Shown here one piece after another: positions 17,634 through 26,596 of a stretch of DNA of 44,327 bases (position 1 is the first letter of the stretch; every line of letters begins with the position of its first letter). A program made the position numbers and the translations under genes. This DNA is from Bacteroidetes bacterium UBA7688 (GTDB taxonomy: Bacteria; Bacteroidota; Bacteroidia; Chitinophagales; Chitinophagaceae), in the NCBI GenBank assembly GCA_002482815.1, contig DLGS01000364.1, forward strand, positions 1-44,327. Reading direction: 5' to 3'. Below the pieces are notes generated by a model. That model was given only the letters and a program-made list of their open reading frames with translations, ran no database searches and was not told the DNA's origin.

Positions 17634-19049
17634 ATGTACGACGACGATAATATGGATGAAGAGCGCAGCCCGATAGAAGCACTGATCGAACGTTTTGAAA
17701 ACATAAAAAACGGAACTGGTGCGGGTATGTTAGATGAGGAGGATTATGAAAGAGTAATCGAATATTACTTCCAGCATAATAATGATACGGATGCATTGCT
17801 TGCTTGCGATATAGGCAGCACATACTATCCTTTTTCAGGTAGTATTTTATTGTTGAAAGCAGAAATTCTGACCCAGACCCAAAAGTATGGTCAGGCGTTA
17901 AAAGCACTGGACGAACTTGAAAAATATGATCAGGCGAATCTTGGAGCAGTCCTCTTACGCGCTGACGTTCTGCTCAGCCAGGCCAAGTATGAAGTAGCCG
18001 CTGCTTACCTTTTGCGCTCAAGCGACAATTTTGAAGGGGCAGAAAAAATTGAAATTCTTCTGGAACTTGCTGATGTATATGATGAGTGTGAAGAGTACGG
18101 AGAGGTTTACAATACACTGAAGAAAGTGCTTGAACTGGATTCGCGGAATGATGAGGCACTGCAAAAAGTCAGTTTTTGGGCAGAGTTCACCAATCAGCTG
18201 GAAGACAGTGTGAATCTGCATTTGCAATTGACAAATGACGATCCCTACAGCACATTGGCCTGGTTTAATCTGGGTGCAGCTTACCAGGGCCTGAAGCAAT
18301 ATGACAAAGCAGTTGATTCTTATCAGTATTGTGTGGCAATCGACGAAAAATTTGAATTTGCATATAGGAATCTTGCCGACGCTTATATGCGTATGAAGCA
18401 ATACGATAAAGCACTTGAAGTTTTGCAGCAACATCTGGAAATAGGAAAACCTGAGGATGTCATATTCGAAGCAATGGGATATTGCTGGGAGAAACAAAAA
18501 GATTTTTCAAGAGCAAGACATTATTATCGCCAGGCATCAAAATTAAGTCCTGAGGACGATGTTATTTTTTATAAAATCGGAGAGACCTATGCAAGAGAAC
18601 ACGACTGGGAAAAGGCCGTAAAATCTTATTCTGTTGCCTTAAATATTGACAAGGAAAATGCTACGTATTGCCTCGCTATCGGAAATTGTCTGATGGAAAT
18701 GAAAGCAACAAACGAAGCCTTGCTTTGCTTTCTAAATGCCGTTCGCCTCAAACCATTGGTGAAAACCACATGGCTGGCGCTTATTCGCGGATTGTATTTC
18801 GCTGGTCATTTGGATGAAGCTTTGACTCAGATTGATGTGGCCCGTGGTAATTGTGGGGATAAACCTGATTTTGATTATCTTCATGCAGCAGTGTTATTCG
18901 AAATGGGAAAGACCAAAGAGGCGCTTATTCAATTGGAAAACGGATTGCAGGAAAGTGTTTCGAAGCTTAAAATTTTCACTCAGCTAAACCCTGATTTTAT
19001 CAAAAGAAGTGCGGTTGCTGAGCTCATTGCAAAGTATAAGAAGAAGTAA
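17634..19049 (+). CDS. Tetratricopeptide repeat protein
   Basis: Repeated TPR consensus, e.g. AWFNLGAAYQGLKQYDKAVDSY and AYRNLADAYMRMKQYDKA. Confidence 0.92.
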   Translation: MYDDDNMDEERSPIEALIERFENIKNGTGAGMLDEEDYERVIEYYFQHNNDTDALLACDIGSTYYPFSGSILLLKAEILTQTQKYGQALKALDELEKYDQANLGAVLLRADVLLSQAKYEVAAAYLLRSSDNFEGAEKIEILLELADVYDECEEYGEVYNTLKKVLELDSRNDEALQKVSFWAEFTNQLEDSVNLHLQLTNDDPYSTLAWFNLGAAYQGLKQYDKAVDSYQYCVAIDEKFEFAYRNLADAYMRMKQYDKALEVLQQHLEIGKPEDVIFEAMGYCWEKQKDFSRARHYYRQASKLSPEDDVIFYKIGETYAREHDWEKAVKSYSVALNIDKENATYCLAIGNCLMEMKATNEALLCFLNAVRLKPLVKTTWLALIRGLYFAGHLDEALTQIDVARGNCGDKPDFDYLHAAVLFEMGKTKEALIQLENGLQESVSKLKIFTQLNPDFIKRSAVAELIAKYKKK

Positions 19050-19068
19050 TTTTTTGAGATAATTTCGG

Positions 19069-19099
19069 AAAACCTGCACAGCTATGTGCAGGTTTTTTT
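19069..19099. terminator. Bidirectional intrinsic terminator
   Basis: AAAACCTGCACA-GCTA-TGTGCAGGTTTT(TTT) between the convergent TPR and TerC genes. Confidence 0.88.
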
Positions 19100-20081
19100 A
19101 TGCCTTTGATTTTACAGGGAATAAGACTGAGGCTAATAATGATAATAGAAGCACACTCCCTACAACACTTAGGGAGACAGGCGAAGAAATATGAATGAAT
19201 GGTGCAATAACCATTTTGATACCAATAAATGCAAGTATGATAGCAAGTCCATATTTTAGCCTGCTGAAGTTGTGCATAAAATTGGCCAGTAAGAAATAAA
19301 GCGCGCGCAATCCCAGAATGGCGAATATGTTGGAAGTATACAGGATAAACGGGTCGTTTGGAGCGATGGCAAAAATGGCCGGAATGGAATCGACAGCGAA
19401 AAGCAAATCTGTAAACTCAATTACTGCAAGCACGACAAATAACGGTGTGGCCAGTTTAATGCCATTTTCTCTGGTGAAAAATTTCCCGCCGTCATAATTG
19501 TCACTCACTTTAAAGAAGCGATGCACAAGCTTGGCTCCCGGACTTTTATTGAAATCTTTGTCTTCATCTTCATCAGCATTGGCAAACCAGGATTTAATTC
19601 CTGCATACACCAGAAATGCGCCAAATAATAACAGTAGAATATTAATGCGAACTACAGCGCCAAATACTGTTGTTTCAGGCAGATAAGTAAGATTGATTAA
19701 ACCAACTCCCGTGAAAATGAAAATGGCCCGAAAAACCAAAGCTCCGATAACCCCCCAAAAAAGTACTTTATGGTGCAATTCTTCCGGCACATTAAAAAAT
19801 CCGAAAACAAGAATAAAAACGAATAAATTATCAACTGAAAGGGCCTTTTCAATCCAATAAGCAGATTGAAATTGGGTGAATTTTTCGAACCCCATAATCG
19901 CATAAATCACGCCGCTGAAAATCATTGAAAGGCTGATCCATACTAATGACCAGATCAGTGCTTCCTTGTTGCCAACTTTGTGCGTTTGTTTGTTGAAAAC
20001 GCCAAGATCCAGCAAGAGCATAATAAGAACCAGGATGCCAAATCCGGCCAAAATTCCGGGATGATTTATCAGATTGTCCAT
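19098..20081 (-). CDS. TerC/Alx family metal homeostasis membrane protein
   Basis: IEKALSVDNLFVF, VLFWGVIGALVFRAIFI, DLLFAVDSIPAIFAI and TSNIFAILGLRALYF. Confidence 0.93.
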   Translation of the reverse strand: MDNLINHPGILAGFGILVLIMLLLDLGVFNKQTHKVGNKEALIWSLVWISLSMIFSGVIYAIMGFEKFTQFQSAYWIEKALSVDNLFVFILVFGFFNVPEELHHKVLFWGVIGALVFRAIFIFTGVGLINLTYLPETTVFGAVVRINILLLLFGAFLVYAGIKSWFANADEDEDKDFNKSPGAKLVHRFFKVSDNYDGGKFFTRENGIKLATPLFVVLAVIEFTDLLFAVDSIPAIFAIAPNDPFILYTSNIFAILGLRALYFLLANFMHNFSRLKYGLAIILAFIGIKMVIAPFIHISSPVSLSVVGSVLLLSLLASVLFPVKSKA

Positions 20082-20091
20082 AATAAGAAGT

Positions 20092-20099
20092 CAAAAGTA
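20092..20099 (-). promoter_or_regulatory. Bacteroidota -7 promoter element (TACTTTTG)
   Basis: TAnnTTTG match 10 nt upstream of the TerC ATG. Confidence 0.55.
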
Positions 20100-20155
20100 A
20101 AGCAATTACCAATGAGGTTTTTGGTAACACCCAAAGCAATCGCAAATCTTATCAT

Positions 20156-20187
20156 AAAAAAACGGTGAAGAGAAGACTCTTCACCGT
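20156..20187 (-). terminator. Intrinsic terminator closing the lipid operon
   Basis: Minus strand ACGGTGAAGAG-TCTT-CTCTTCACCGT followed by a T run, about 20 nt after the TetR stop. Confidence 0.88.
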
Positions 20188-20206
20188 GCTGCAATGTTTT
20201 ATTATT

Positions 20207-20824
20207 TTAGTTGAGAACTGTACTTCGGGTCTTTAATCCTTTCGAAATAAAATCTACCGTCTCATCAATAATATCTGAAGCGCTTCCTTTATAAGTGCCA
20301 AAGGATATTTCCAATTGCATTCCTCTTAGCATATTAGTGCAGACTTTGGTTATGATATCAATTCTGTCCAGATAACTTTGGTCGAATGCCCCTTGCCGGA
20401 TTCCGTAAACAATAATGTCCTTCAAAATATTTTCTTCAGTTTCGTTGTAGCGCTGCTTAATAGCACTGAAAATGCAAGCACTTTCGCTGGAAAATCCCAC
20501 CGTCATTATTTTGTAAAGCAACTGCCGCTTGCGCAACGCACGATATTTACTGATAGCAAATGCACGTAATTTTTCTTCGGCATTGTCTTCTTTTCCAATG
20601 GCCATTACAATGTTCTGCTCAATGTTTTCTTTCTCTTTGTCAACAACTGCCTGGAAGATTTCTTCCTTTGTTGAATAGTAATAATAAAGACTGCTTTTCC
20701 CTTTCCCGATTGCTTTCGCAATGTCTTCCATAGTAGTTTTGGCCAGGCCAAACTGCTGAAAAAGTTTTTGAGCGGCTTCTATTATTGCTGATTTTGTTAT
20801 TTCGTCCTTAGTCATAATCGACAC
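20207..20824 (-). CDS. TetR/AcrR family transcriptional regulator
   Basis: HTH IIEAAQKLFQQFGLAKTTMEDIAKAIGKGKSSLYYYYSTKEEIF. Confidence 0.93.
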   Translation of the reverse strand: MSIMTKDEITKSAIIEAAQKLFQQFGLAKTTMEDIAKAIGKGKSSLYYYYSTKEEIFQAVVDKEKENIEQNIVMAIGKEDNAEEKLRAFAISKYRALRKRQLLYKIMTVGFSSESACIFSAIKQRYNETEENILKDIIVYGIRQGAFDQSYLDRIDIITKVCTNMLRGMQLEISFGTYKGSASDIIDETVDFISKGLKTRSTVLN

Positions 20825-20881
20825 TTCATTTATTAATCAATGATTAATGTAGTTTTTACAGTTTACTGGATGTTCAATTGG

Positions 20882-21844
20882 TTATGCTGTAAGTTTTATC
20901 AGATGGTTATTCAGTGAATAAACAAGTTTGTTTTTTGATTTTAAAAAATTGAAAAAGCTGATGCCCACTATTGCACATATAAATCCGGCTACAACATCTA
21001 CCAAATAATGATGTGTCGTATATACTGCAGAAAACCAAATGCCTATCATCAGGGTTGCAAACAGAATGTTGATTTTGCCCAGTTTGTTTTTGAGTCCGTA
21101 ATAAAGGACTAAGACCGGATAGGAAGAATGCAGAGATGGCATTGCTGCAAATACATTCGAGCTCTTTTCATAAATAGATTTGAAAACGGCAACATTGAAG
21201 TAGGCATCAAACCTGCCGAGGCCGGCTGTATTGCCAGGCGTCGTTGCAATAAAGTCGAATCCATATTGATGGATGTACCAGGGTGGTGCCGCAGGATAGA
21301 TGTAGTAAACGACAAATCCCAGAAGATTGATGAATAAAAACGTGAAACAGAAATAGATGAACTGAGACCTTTTTTTGAAGAAAAGATAAATGGCAAAACC
21401 CATTGGTACCGGCACCCAGCTCAGGTAAAAAACACCACTAAGAATATCCAGAAATGTGTTTTGATGAATAATCCAATACTCGTTGGGTGTAATAATCTTC
21501 CCATCGTGCATAAAACCAAAAATGCTCTTTTCTATATTATACAAGGACCCGATGCTAACCGGATTGTAGTTGTAGTTCGGGAAGGCTTTCATGTAATCGA
21601 AAATCACCCAATAAACAATGAAAATGGAAAAGCCGGTTATCAGTTTGCGTGTAACATGGGATGCGAAATAAGTAATATTCCAAATCGCTACGAGTAACAA
21701 CTGGTCTGACTTGTAGCCTATCAATGCCCATGACAAAGCAAGATATCCCAGCGATATCAATAACATCGTCAGCAAGCTTTTGGTGTCAAATAAGCTTTTC
21801 TCTTTTTCAATATTCATACTACTGCTGTCAGCCATGTGCTCCAT
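20882..21844 (-). CDS. AUR1/inositol-phosphorylceramide synthase-like PAP2 membrane enzyme
   Basis: YPAAPPWY, FAAMPSLHSSY and YTTHHYLVD catalytic motifs, multiple TM helices, and a location in the inositol cluster. Confidence 0.85.
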   Translation of the reverse strand: MEHMADSSSMNIEKEKSLFDTKSLLTMLLISLGYLALSWALIGYKSDQLLLVAIWNITYFASHVTRKLITGFSIFIVYWVIFDYMKAFPNYNYNPVSIGSLYNIEKSIFGFMHDGKIITPNEYWIIHQNTFLDILSGVFYLSWVPVPMGFAIYLFFKKRSQFIYFCFTFLFINLLGFVVYYIYPAAPPWYIHQYGFDFIATTPGNTAGLGRFDAYFNVAVFKSIYEKSSNVFAAMPSLHSSYPVLVLYYGLKNKLGKINILFATLMIGIWFSAVYTTHHYLVDVVAGFICAIVGISFFNFLKSKNKLVYSLNNHLIKLTA

Positions 21845-23160
21845 TACATTTTTATCCGTTCAAGATTCGTTTTGCCGCTTGCCGCTTCGTTTCCTTTTAG
21901 TTCGATGTAAACAACATTGGGATGCCAAAAGGTGCCACCATCAATTTTGAGGTAAACTCTTTTTAAGACAGTATTGCTGTTATTGACAGCAGCAAAGACA
22001 TAATATTTCCCATCTTCTGCTTTCTTCAGGTATAAAATCCTTTTTGAAGTAGCCACAAATTTTAATTCCCATTGTGTACTGCTCAGCTTTTTAACCTTTA
22101 ATCCGTAAGCATATTTTCTTTGAATAAAATTCAATTCCTTCTTTGGGTTGCCCTTTTCGGTATAACGAATCCAATAGACATGTACAGGCTCATCTTCATC
22201 TATTAATCCGGTGGCTTTATCAATGTTCAACTCATACATTACCGTATTCGTATTCGGTGTGCGTTGAAGGTAAAAAAGAAGACCATCGTACATTTTAGGT
22301 ACAGGAAAAGTGTCAGCTTCGTTGAACCCACTTTGTATTGTCCGGTTGCTTTTTGCATTGGTCGTTTTACCTGTGGCCGACAGCGTGAAAAAAGCTAAAG
22401 CCAATATGCTGGCTGCTTTGATAAAATTGCTTTCAGAGGCTTCTTTGTTCTTTTTATCTTTAGCGTCCAGGGCGATTTTGGCATCCCTGAGACGTCCGAA
22501 TGCAGTGATGTTTGTCATTACAGCCATTACTGCAATTGGCAAAGTGAATAAGGTCATCGTTTCGAACACATGAAATGGAATGCCGGGGATAAAAATTTTA
22601 TAATCGCCACCAATATAATGGCTCGAAATGCCACACGCCATAGCAGATAAACTTATCAGCACAATACGTTCCGGTCTTTGCATTAATCCGCCTTTGCATT
22701 CTACTCCCAACCCTTCAGCTCTGGCTCTGGTATAGCTTACCATCATACTGCCAATTAATGCAATGAAAGCGAAAAGAGAGCTCAGGAAATAATGGTGTGC
22801 AATGAGGTAATAGCAAATCCCCAGAAATAATATTAATTCGCTGTATCGGTCTAAGACTGAATCAAACATTGCGCCGAACGTGGAACTCATATTTCCAATA
22901 CGCGCTACCTGCCCATCAAGCATGTCAAATAAACCTGCAAATAGAATCAGCGCGCCAGCCCAACCAACATATGACAGGTCGCCGCGGTTGGTTATTTCAG
23001 CTCCTGCAATAAAAATGATGGCCACCCCAATGTTGAGCAAAAGTCCGATAACGGTAACCGCATTCGGGGTCAGGCCCAATTTGATAAGCAAACGAACAAA
23101 AGGGTTTATGATTTTATAAATCCCTTGCTGCAGATTATCTCTTATTGTTTTCCCTTTCAT
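21844..23160 (-). CDS. CDP-alcohol phosphatidyltransferase (phosphatidylinositol-phosphate synthase-like) fused to a C-terminal DUF4833-like domain
   Basis: CDP-AP motif DMLDGQVAR...GAMFDSVLDRYSE and GLMQRPER. A hydrophobic segment then precedes LFYLQRTPNTNTVMYELN...VYWIRY...LNFIQRKYAYG. ATG 23160 is preferred over the start at 23175, which overlaps the upstream gene. Confidence 0.85.
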   Translation of the reverse strand: MKGKTIRDNLQQGIYKIINPFVRLLIKLGLTPNAVTVIGLLLNIGVAIIFIAGAEITNRGDLSYVGWAGALILFAGLFDMLDGQVARIGNMSSTFGAMFDSVLDRYSELILFLGICYYLIAHHYFLSSLFAFIALIGSMMVSYTRARAEGLGVECKGGLMQRPERIVLISLSAMACGISSHYIGGDYKIFIPGIPFHVFETMTLFTLPIAVMAVMTNITAFGRLRDAKIALDAKDKKNKEASESNFIKAASILALAFFTLSATGKTTNAKSNRTIQSGFNEADTFPVPKMYDGLLFYLQRTPNTNTVMYELNIDKATGLIDEDEPVHVYWIRYTEKGNPKKELNFIQRKYAYGLKVKKLSSTQWELKFVATSKRILYLKKAEDGKYYVFAAVNNSNTVLKRVYLKIDGGTFWHPNVVYIELKGNEAASGKTNLERIKM

Positions 23161-23164
23161 AAAA

Positions 23165-25708
23165 TTAAAAATCAAACTTGAAACGTACCCTTACGCCCAT
23201 CGGAGATACGTTGGGATTATCAATATAAGTGAAGCGCCTTACCAAATCCACCCTAAAGAATTTCAAAATATTACCAACACCTACACTCCCTTCTATGTAA
23301 GGCTCTTTTTGTAATGAGAAGGTTGATGTAGCGCCATTCTGGTCCGTTGGTAATTTATAAAGTTCTCCATCTTTCCCGCTGGGTGTATTTTCTTCTCTTA
23401 ATCCGCCATACAAAAATTTTGCGCTTACATATTCGCGGAATTTCAATTTTTTAATCAATGGAATTTTGTTGAGGAAAAAACCATTAAAGCATTGATCCAC
23501 CTGAATGCTCGCATAATGGTCGCTCACAAACTCAAGGAAGTTCATCAGGTTATAAGACTGCAATTGGTATGAATAACTCTGGTTGGCGCGATGAATGTCC
23601 AAAAGAGGAAAAGGTATTTTGCCAAAAATGTAACCACCTTCCAGCACAATATCTGTAAAGCCTAATTGCGAAAGATATACCCGCTTGTAAATATGCCCAC
23701 TCAGGTTTTGATAATTGTATTGTCCGCCCAGTAAGCCCTTGAAGCCCGCGATGCCACGCAAGGTGAACACCGGATACCGGTTGGGTAAAGGAATCCGGTA
23801 AAGTTTTCCCTGGTAAAATTCTTCATTCGGTGCCCAGCGGAGTTCAAGAGAAACTTCCGAAGTTGTCAGACTTTCAATGGGTTTTCCGGTTGCATCATTA
23901 TAGTAATGCAAACCTCCTGCCGCCTGTTGCTTCCAGTTTTTGTAAGCAAGCTTGTACGAAAAGTGATTGTTGTATTCGTGCAGGTAATCTATGTTGTAAA
24001 TATCATTGTACAGCCATTTGTCATTCACCCCACGTTTGAACGAAAGGAAAATGTTGTCTTCCTGGATAAATTGTAATTCCTGTCCTGGAATTTTTACATC
24101 ACGCTGGAAATTTGCAGCAAGCTTATTCGTTGGAAATTCATAAATCGAACGATTGGTAAAAGAATATATTCCGCCAAAATAATACTTCCATTTTTCGTCT
24201 TTAAAACCATAAGCAGCATAAGTCTCGAAATAGATATTCTTGCTCAGTTTTGGCGTTGTACGACCACCAAGCCTGCCTCTGAAGCCTTCTACAGGGTTAA
24301 AGCTATAAAAGGTATTAAAAGGGCCAATTTCTACATAAGGACTTGCTTTGCTATAACCCGCCAATAAAATAGTAGCAGTATTCAGTGTTCTTTTGAAGGA
24401 TTTAGTGTTTTGAAGACTGTCAATATTTTTATACACGACTTGCTCGGTTATGCTTAATGAGTCGTGCCTGTTGCTGTCCCAAAATTGATCATCCTTTTTG
24501 TCGGCCTCTTTTCTATGCGTAACGGCGTCACCTTTAAATAATGAGTCGGGCAAGTTTTCCGCAATGGTATAATCCTTGTATGAAACAGCTCGTTCTCCGT
24601 ATAGCCCTCCATCTCCATTTTTAGTCAATCCGAAATCTGCTGACAATTTGCTTTTGGCCAGATGATATCTTTTATCGCTGTTCAACTCAAATTCCTGATG
24701 AATATTTAAATCCTTTACCCAGTTTAAATTAATTTGTTTGTTGATTTTCATATCCAGTTTTTGTACTGCATAATGTCCGTCCAGCGTAACAAACATTGAG
24801 CCCTGGAATAAAAAGTCTGCTTTGTTTCTGGGCCCAAAGGCAAGTTGAATTAGCGGATAGCCATTCAACATTGTGGTGTCTATGATGTAAAATTTATAGA
24901 ACGTTGGAGACAAATCTGCGATAGGGCTCAAAAACTGATTGGTAACAATGGTGATATTGCTTTCGTAAATATCGACAGTCTGATAAACGTGTTTCAGGTA
25001 GGCGGTAAGACCATTGTTGTCGATAAAGGTTTCATCGAAAGTGATGCGTTTCTCAGCAATGATTTCTTTCTTTGTTTTTTCAGGTTTGCGGCGGTAATAT
25101 ATTTGGGAAAGATTCTCCTGCATAAAAACCGGAAGGATTGCTTTGCCTTCCAAAGTCGTTGTATCTACGCTGCTGGCGATAAATGCATATTTTTTCACCA
25201 GAAAATTTTTGCGCATTTTCTCTGTGGAATTACTCAGGGAAAACTGGAGTTTCTCATATTCCTGGTAGGAAAGGAAGTCATAATTTTTTGAACGGTTTGA
25301 CTCTTTGTGCGAAATGACTTCGCGGATTAATTCAACTGCCGGATTGTTTTTATTTCGATACCGTGGTTGTTTCCCTGGTTTTATCGTCACTTCTTTCAAC
25401 AAACGGCTGTCTTCTGCCATTGCAATATTAATTGTCTGGCTACCGGCTTCAATTTTTCTTGTAATTGTTTTATACCCGGTTGACGAAAACCGCACCATTG
25501 AAGGTGTCCCGTCAATCTTGATGGAATAATTTCCATTGTCGTCTGTAGTTGTTCCTACATTTGTTCCCGGGAAGAATACGGCAACATATGACATGGGCTC
25601 ATTTGTTTTGGCATCAGTTACGGTGCCATTCACAAACGTGCTTTGAGCAAATAAGGTGATGGAGTAACAAATTAAGAGGATAAAAAGTACTCCTGATTTA
25701 CGAAACAT
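23165..25708 (-). CDS. Carboxypeptidase-regulatory-like domain + DUF5686-type outer-membrane beta-barrel protein
   Basis: Signal peptide, N-terminal GTVTDAKTNEPM...GTTTDDNGNYSI, SFNPVEGFRGRLG, many amphipathic strands and a terminal beta-signal VRVRFKFDF. Confidence 0.8.
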   Translation of the reverse strand: MFRKSGVLFILLICYSITLFAQSTFVNGTVTDAKTNEPMSYVAVFFPGTNVGTTTDDNGNYSIKIDGTPSMVRFSSTGYKTITRKIEAGSQTINIAMAEDSRLLKEVTIKPGKQPRYRNKNNPAVELIREVISHKESNRSKNYDFLSYQEYEKLQFSLSNSTEKMRKNFLVKKYAFIASSVDTTTLEGKAILPVFMQENLSQIYYRRKPEKTKKEIIAEKRITFDETFIDNNGLTAYLKHVYQTVDIYESNITIVTNQFLSPIADLSPTFYKFYIIDTTMLNGYPLIQLAFGPRNKADFLFQGSMFVTLDGHYAVQKLDMKINKQINLNWVKDLNIHQEFELNSDKRYHLAKSKLSADFGLTKNGDGGLYGERAVSYKDYTIAENLPDSLFKGDAVTHRKEADKKDDQFWDSNRHDSLSITEQVVYKNIDSLQNTKSFKRTLNTATILLAGYSKASPYVEIGPFNTFYSFNPVEGFRGRLGGRTTPKLSKNIYFETYAAYGFKDEKWKYYFGGIYSFTNRSIYEFPTNKLAANFQRDVKIPGQELQFIQEDNIFLSFKRGVNDKWLYNDIYNIDYLHEYNNHFSYKLAYKNWKQQAAGGLHYYNDATGKPIESLTTSEVSLELRWAPNEEFYQGKLYRIPLPNRYPVFTLRGIAGFKGLLGGQYNYQNLSGHIYKRVYLSQLGFTDIVLEGGYIFGKIPFPLLDIHRANQSYSYQLQSYNLMNFLEFVSDHYASIQVDQCFNGFFLNKIPLIKKLKFREYVSAKFLYGGLREENTPSGKDGELYKLPTDQNGATSTFSLQKEPYIEGSVGVGNILKFFRVDLVRRFTYIDNPNVSPMGVRVRFKFDF

Positions 25709-25720
25709 AAAAATGTTGTT

Positions 25721-26092
25721 CTATTTAAAAACGAAATTCTTTTGAAGAAAATAATTGTAAGTCCAGCCTACAATCAGAGAAACAATAACTTTTGAAACGA
25801 TATAATTAAATGGTCCGAATTGAGTAAGCAACCATACACCTGATGCATTCAGTACAAGATTTCCGGTCCAGGTAATAAAATACCTTATAGCCTGAAATTT
25901 TATTTCTTTTTCACGTCCTTCAAAAACCCAATCGCGGTTGATAAAGAAATTGACAACACCACCTGTTGTTACGCCAATAATATTTGCAAGAAAATACCAG
26001 ACTCCGAATACTTCCTTCAACACAACTGTACAGATGAAATCTGCAGCGGTTGCCATTAGTGAAGATGCCTGAGCCTTTAAAAACTGTATCAT
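25721..26092 (-). CDS. GtrA family membrane protein (putative flippase)
   Basis: 123 aa with four TM segments, NFFINRDWVF and YNYFLQKNFVF. ATGA overlap with the pgpA-like stop. Confidence 0.88.
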   Translation of the reverse strand: MIQFLKAQASSLMATAADFICTVVLKEVFGVWYFLANIIGVTTGGVVNFFINRDWVFEGREKEIKFQAIRYFITWTGNLVLNASGVWLLTQFGPFNYIVSKVIVSLIVGWTYNYFLQKNFVFK

Positions 26093-26538
26093 AAAAACTG
26101 TTCCAGGACTTTTGAAAAGACAATTACCTGAAGTATAATATTTGCGTAAACTCCTGCCAGTACATCATCCATCATCACACCCCAGCCGCCTTTCAATTGC
26201 TCCATTCTTCGCACCCCGAGCGGTTTTGCTATGTCAAAAAATCTAAATAAAATCAATCCGATAATTAAAAGAGGAATTGAATTTGCCGGAATAAAAAGCA
26301 TTGCAATAAATAATCCGATTACCTCATCAATCACTACTTTACTGCTGTCTTTCCCCCAGTCTTTTTCAACCACATTGCCTGCCCAAACACCTAAAATCAT
26401 CGTAATGATAACAAGGATTATTTGTTGTCCGATATTGAGTTGAAGACAATACCAAAGCAAAGCAGCGGCTATAGCAGCAACGGTACCACCACCTTTTCCG
26501 ATGTAGCCAATACCAAATATGCTTGCAATAATTTTCAT
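26089..26538 (-). CDS. pgpA: Phosphatidylglycerophosphatase A family protein (probable PIP phosphatase)
   Basis: FGIGYI..GGGT, DSSKVVIDEVIG, LFRFFDIAKP and GVMMDDVLAG. ATG 26538 is preferred because ATG 26580 sits inside a 15-bp stem. Confidence 0.88.
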   Translation of the reverse strand: MKIIASIFGIGYIGKGGGTVAAIAAALLWYCLQLNIGQQIILVIITMILGVWAGNVVEKDWGKDSSKVVIDEVIGLFIAMLFIPANSIPLLIIGLILFRFFDIAKPLGVRRMEQLKGGWGVMMDDVLAGVYANIILQVIVFSKVLEQFL

Positions 26539-26547
26539 TGTATGAAG

Positions 26548-26585
26548 AGGAAATGTTGCACAAAATGTGCTGTGCAACATTTCCT
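26548..26585. promoter_or_regulatory. Perfect 15-bp intercistronic hairpin between ino1 and pgpA
   Basis: AGGAAATGTTGCACA-AAATGTGC-TGTGCAACATTTCCT, with no U-tract on the coding (minus) strand. Confidence 0.75.
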
Positions 26586-26596
26586 TCTGTATAGTT

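Noticed and set aside
20082-20206. yybP-ykoY (Mn) riboswitch upstream of TerC/Alx
   Set aside because: The gap is filled by the upstream terminator and a -7 element only 10 nt from the ATG, leaving no room for a leader. No recognisable aptamer was seen.
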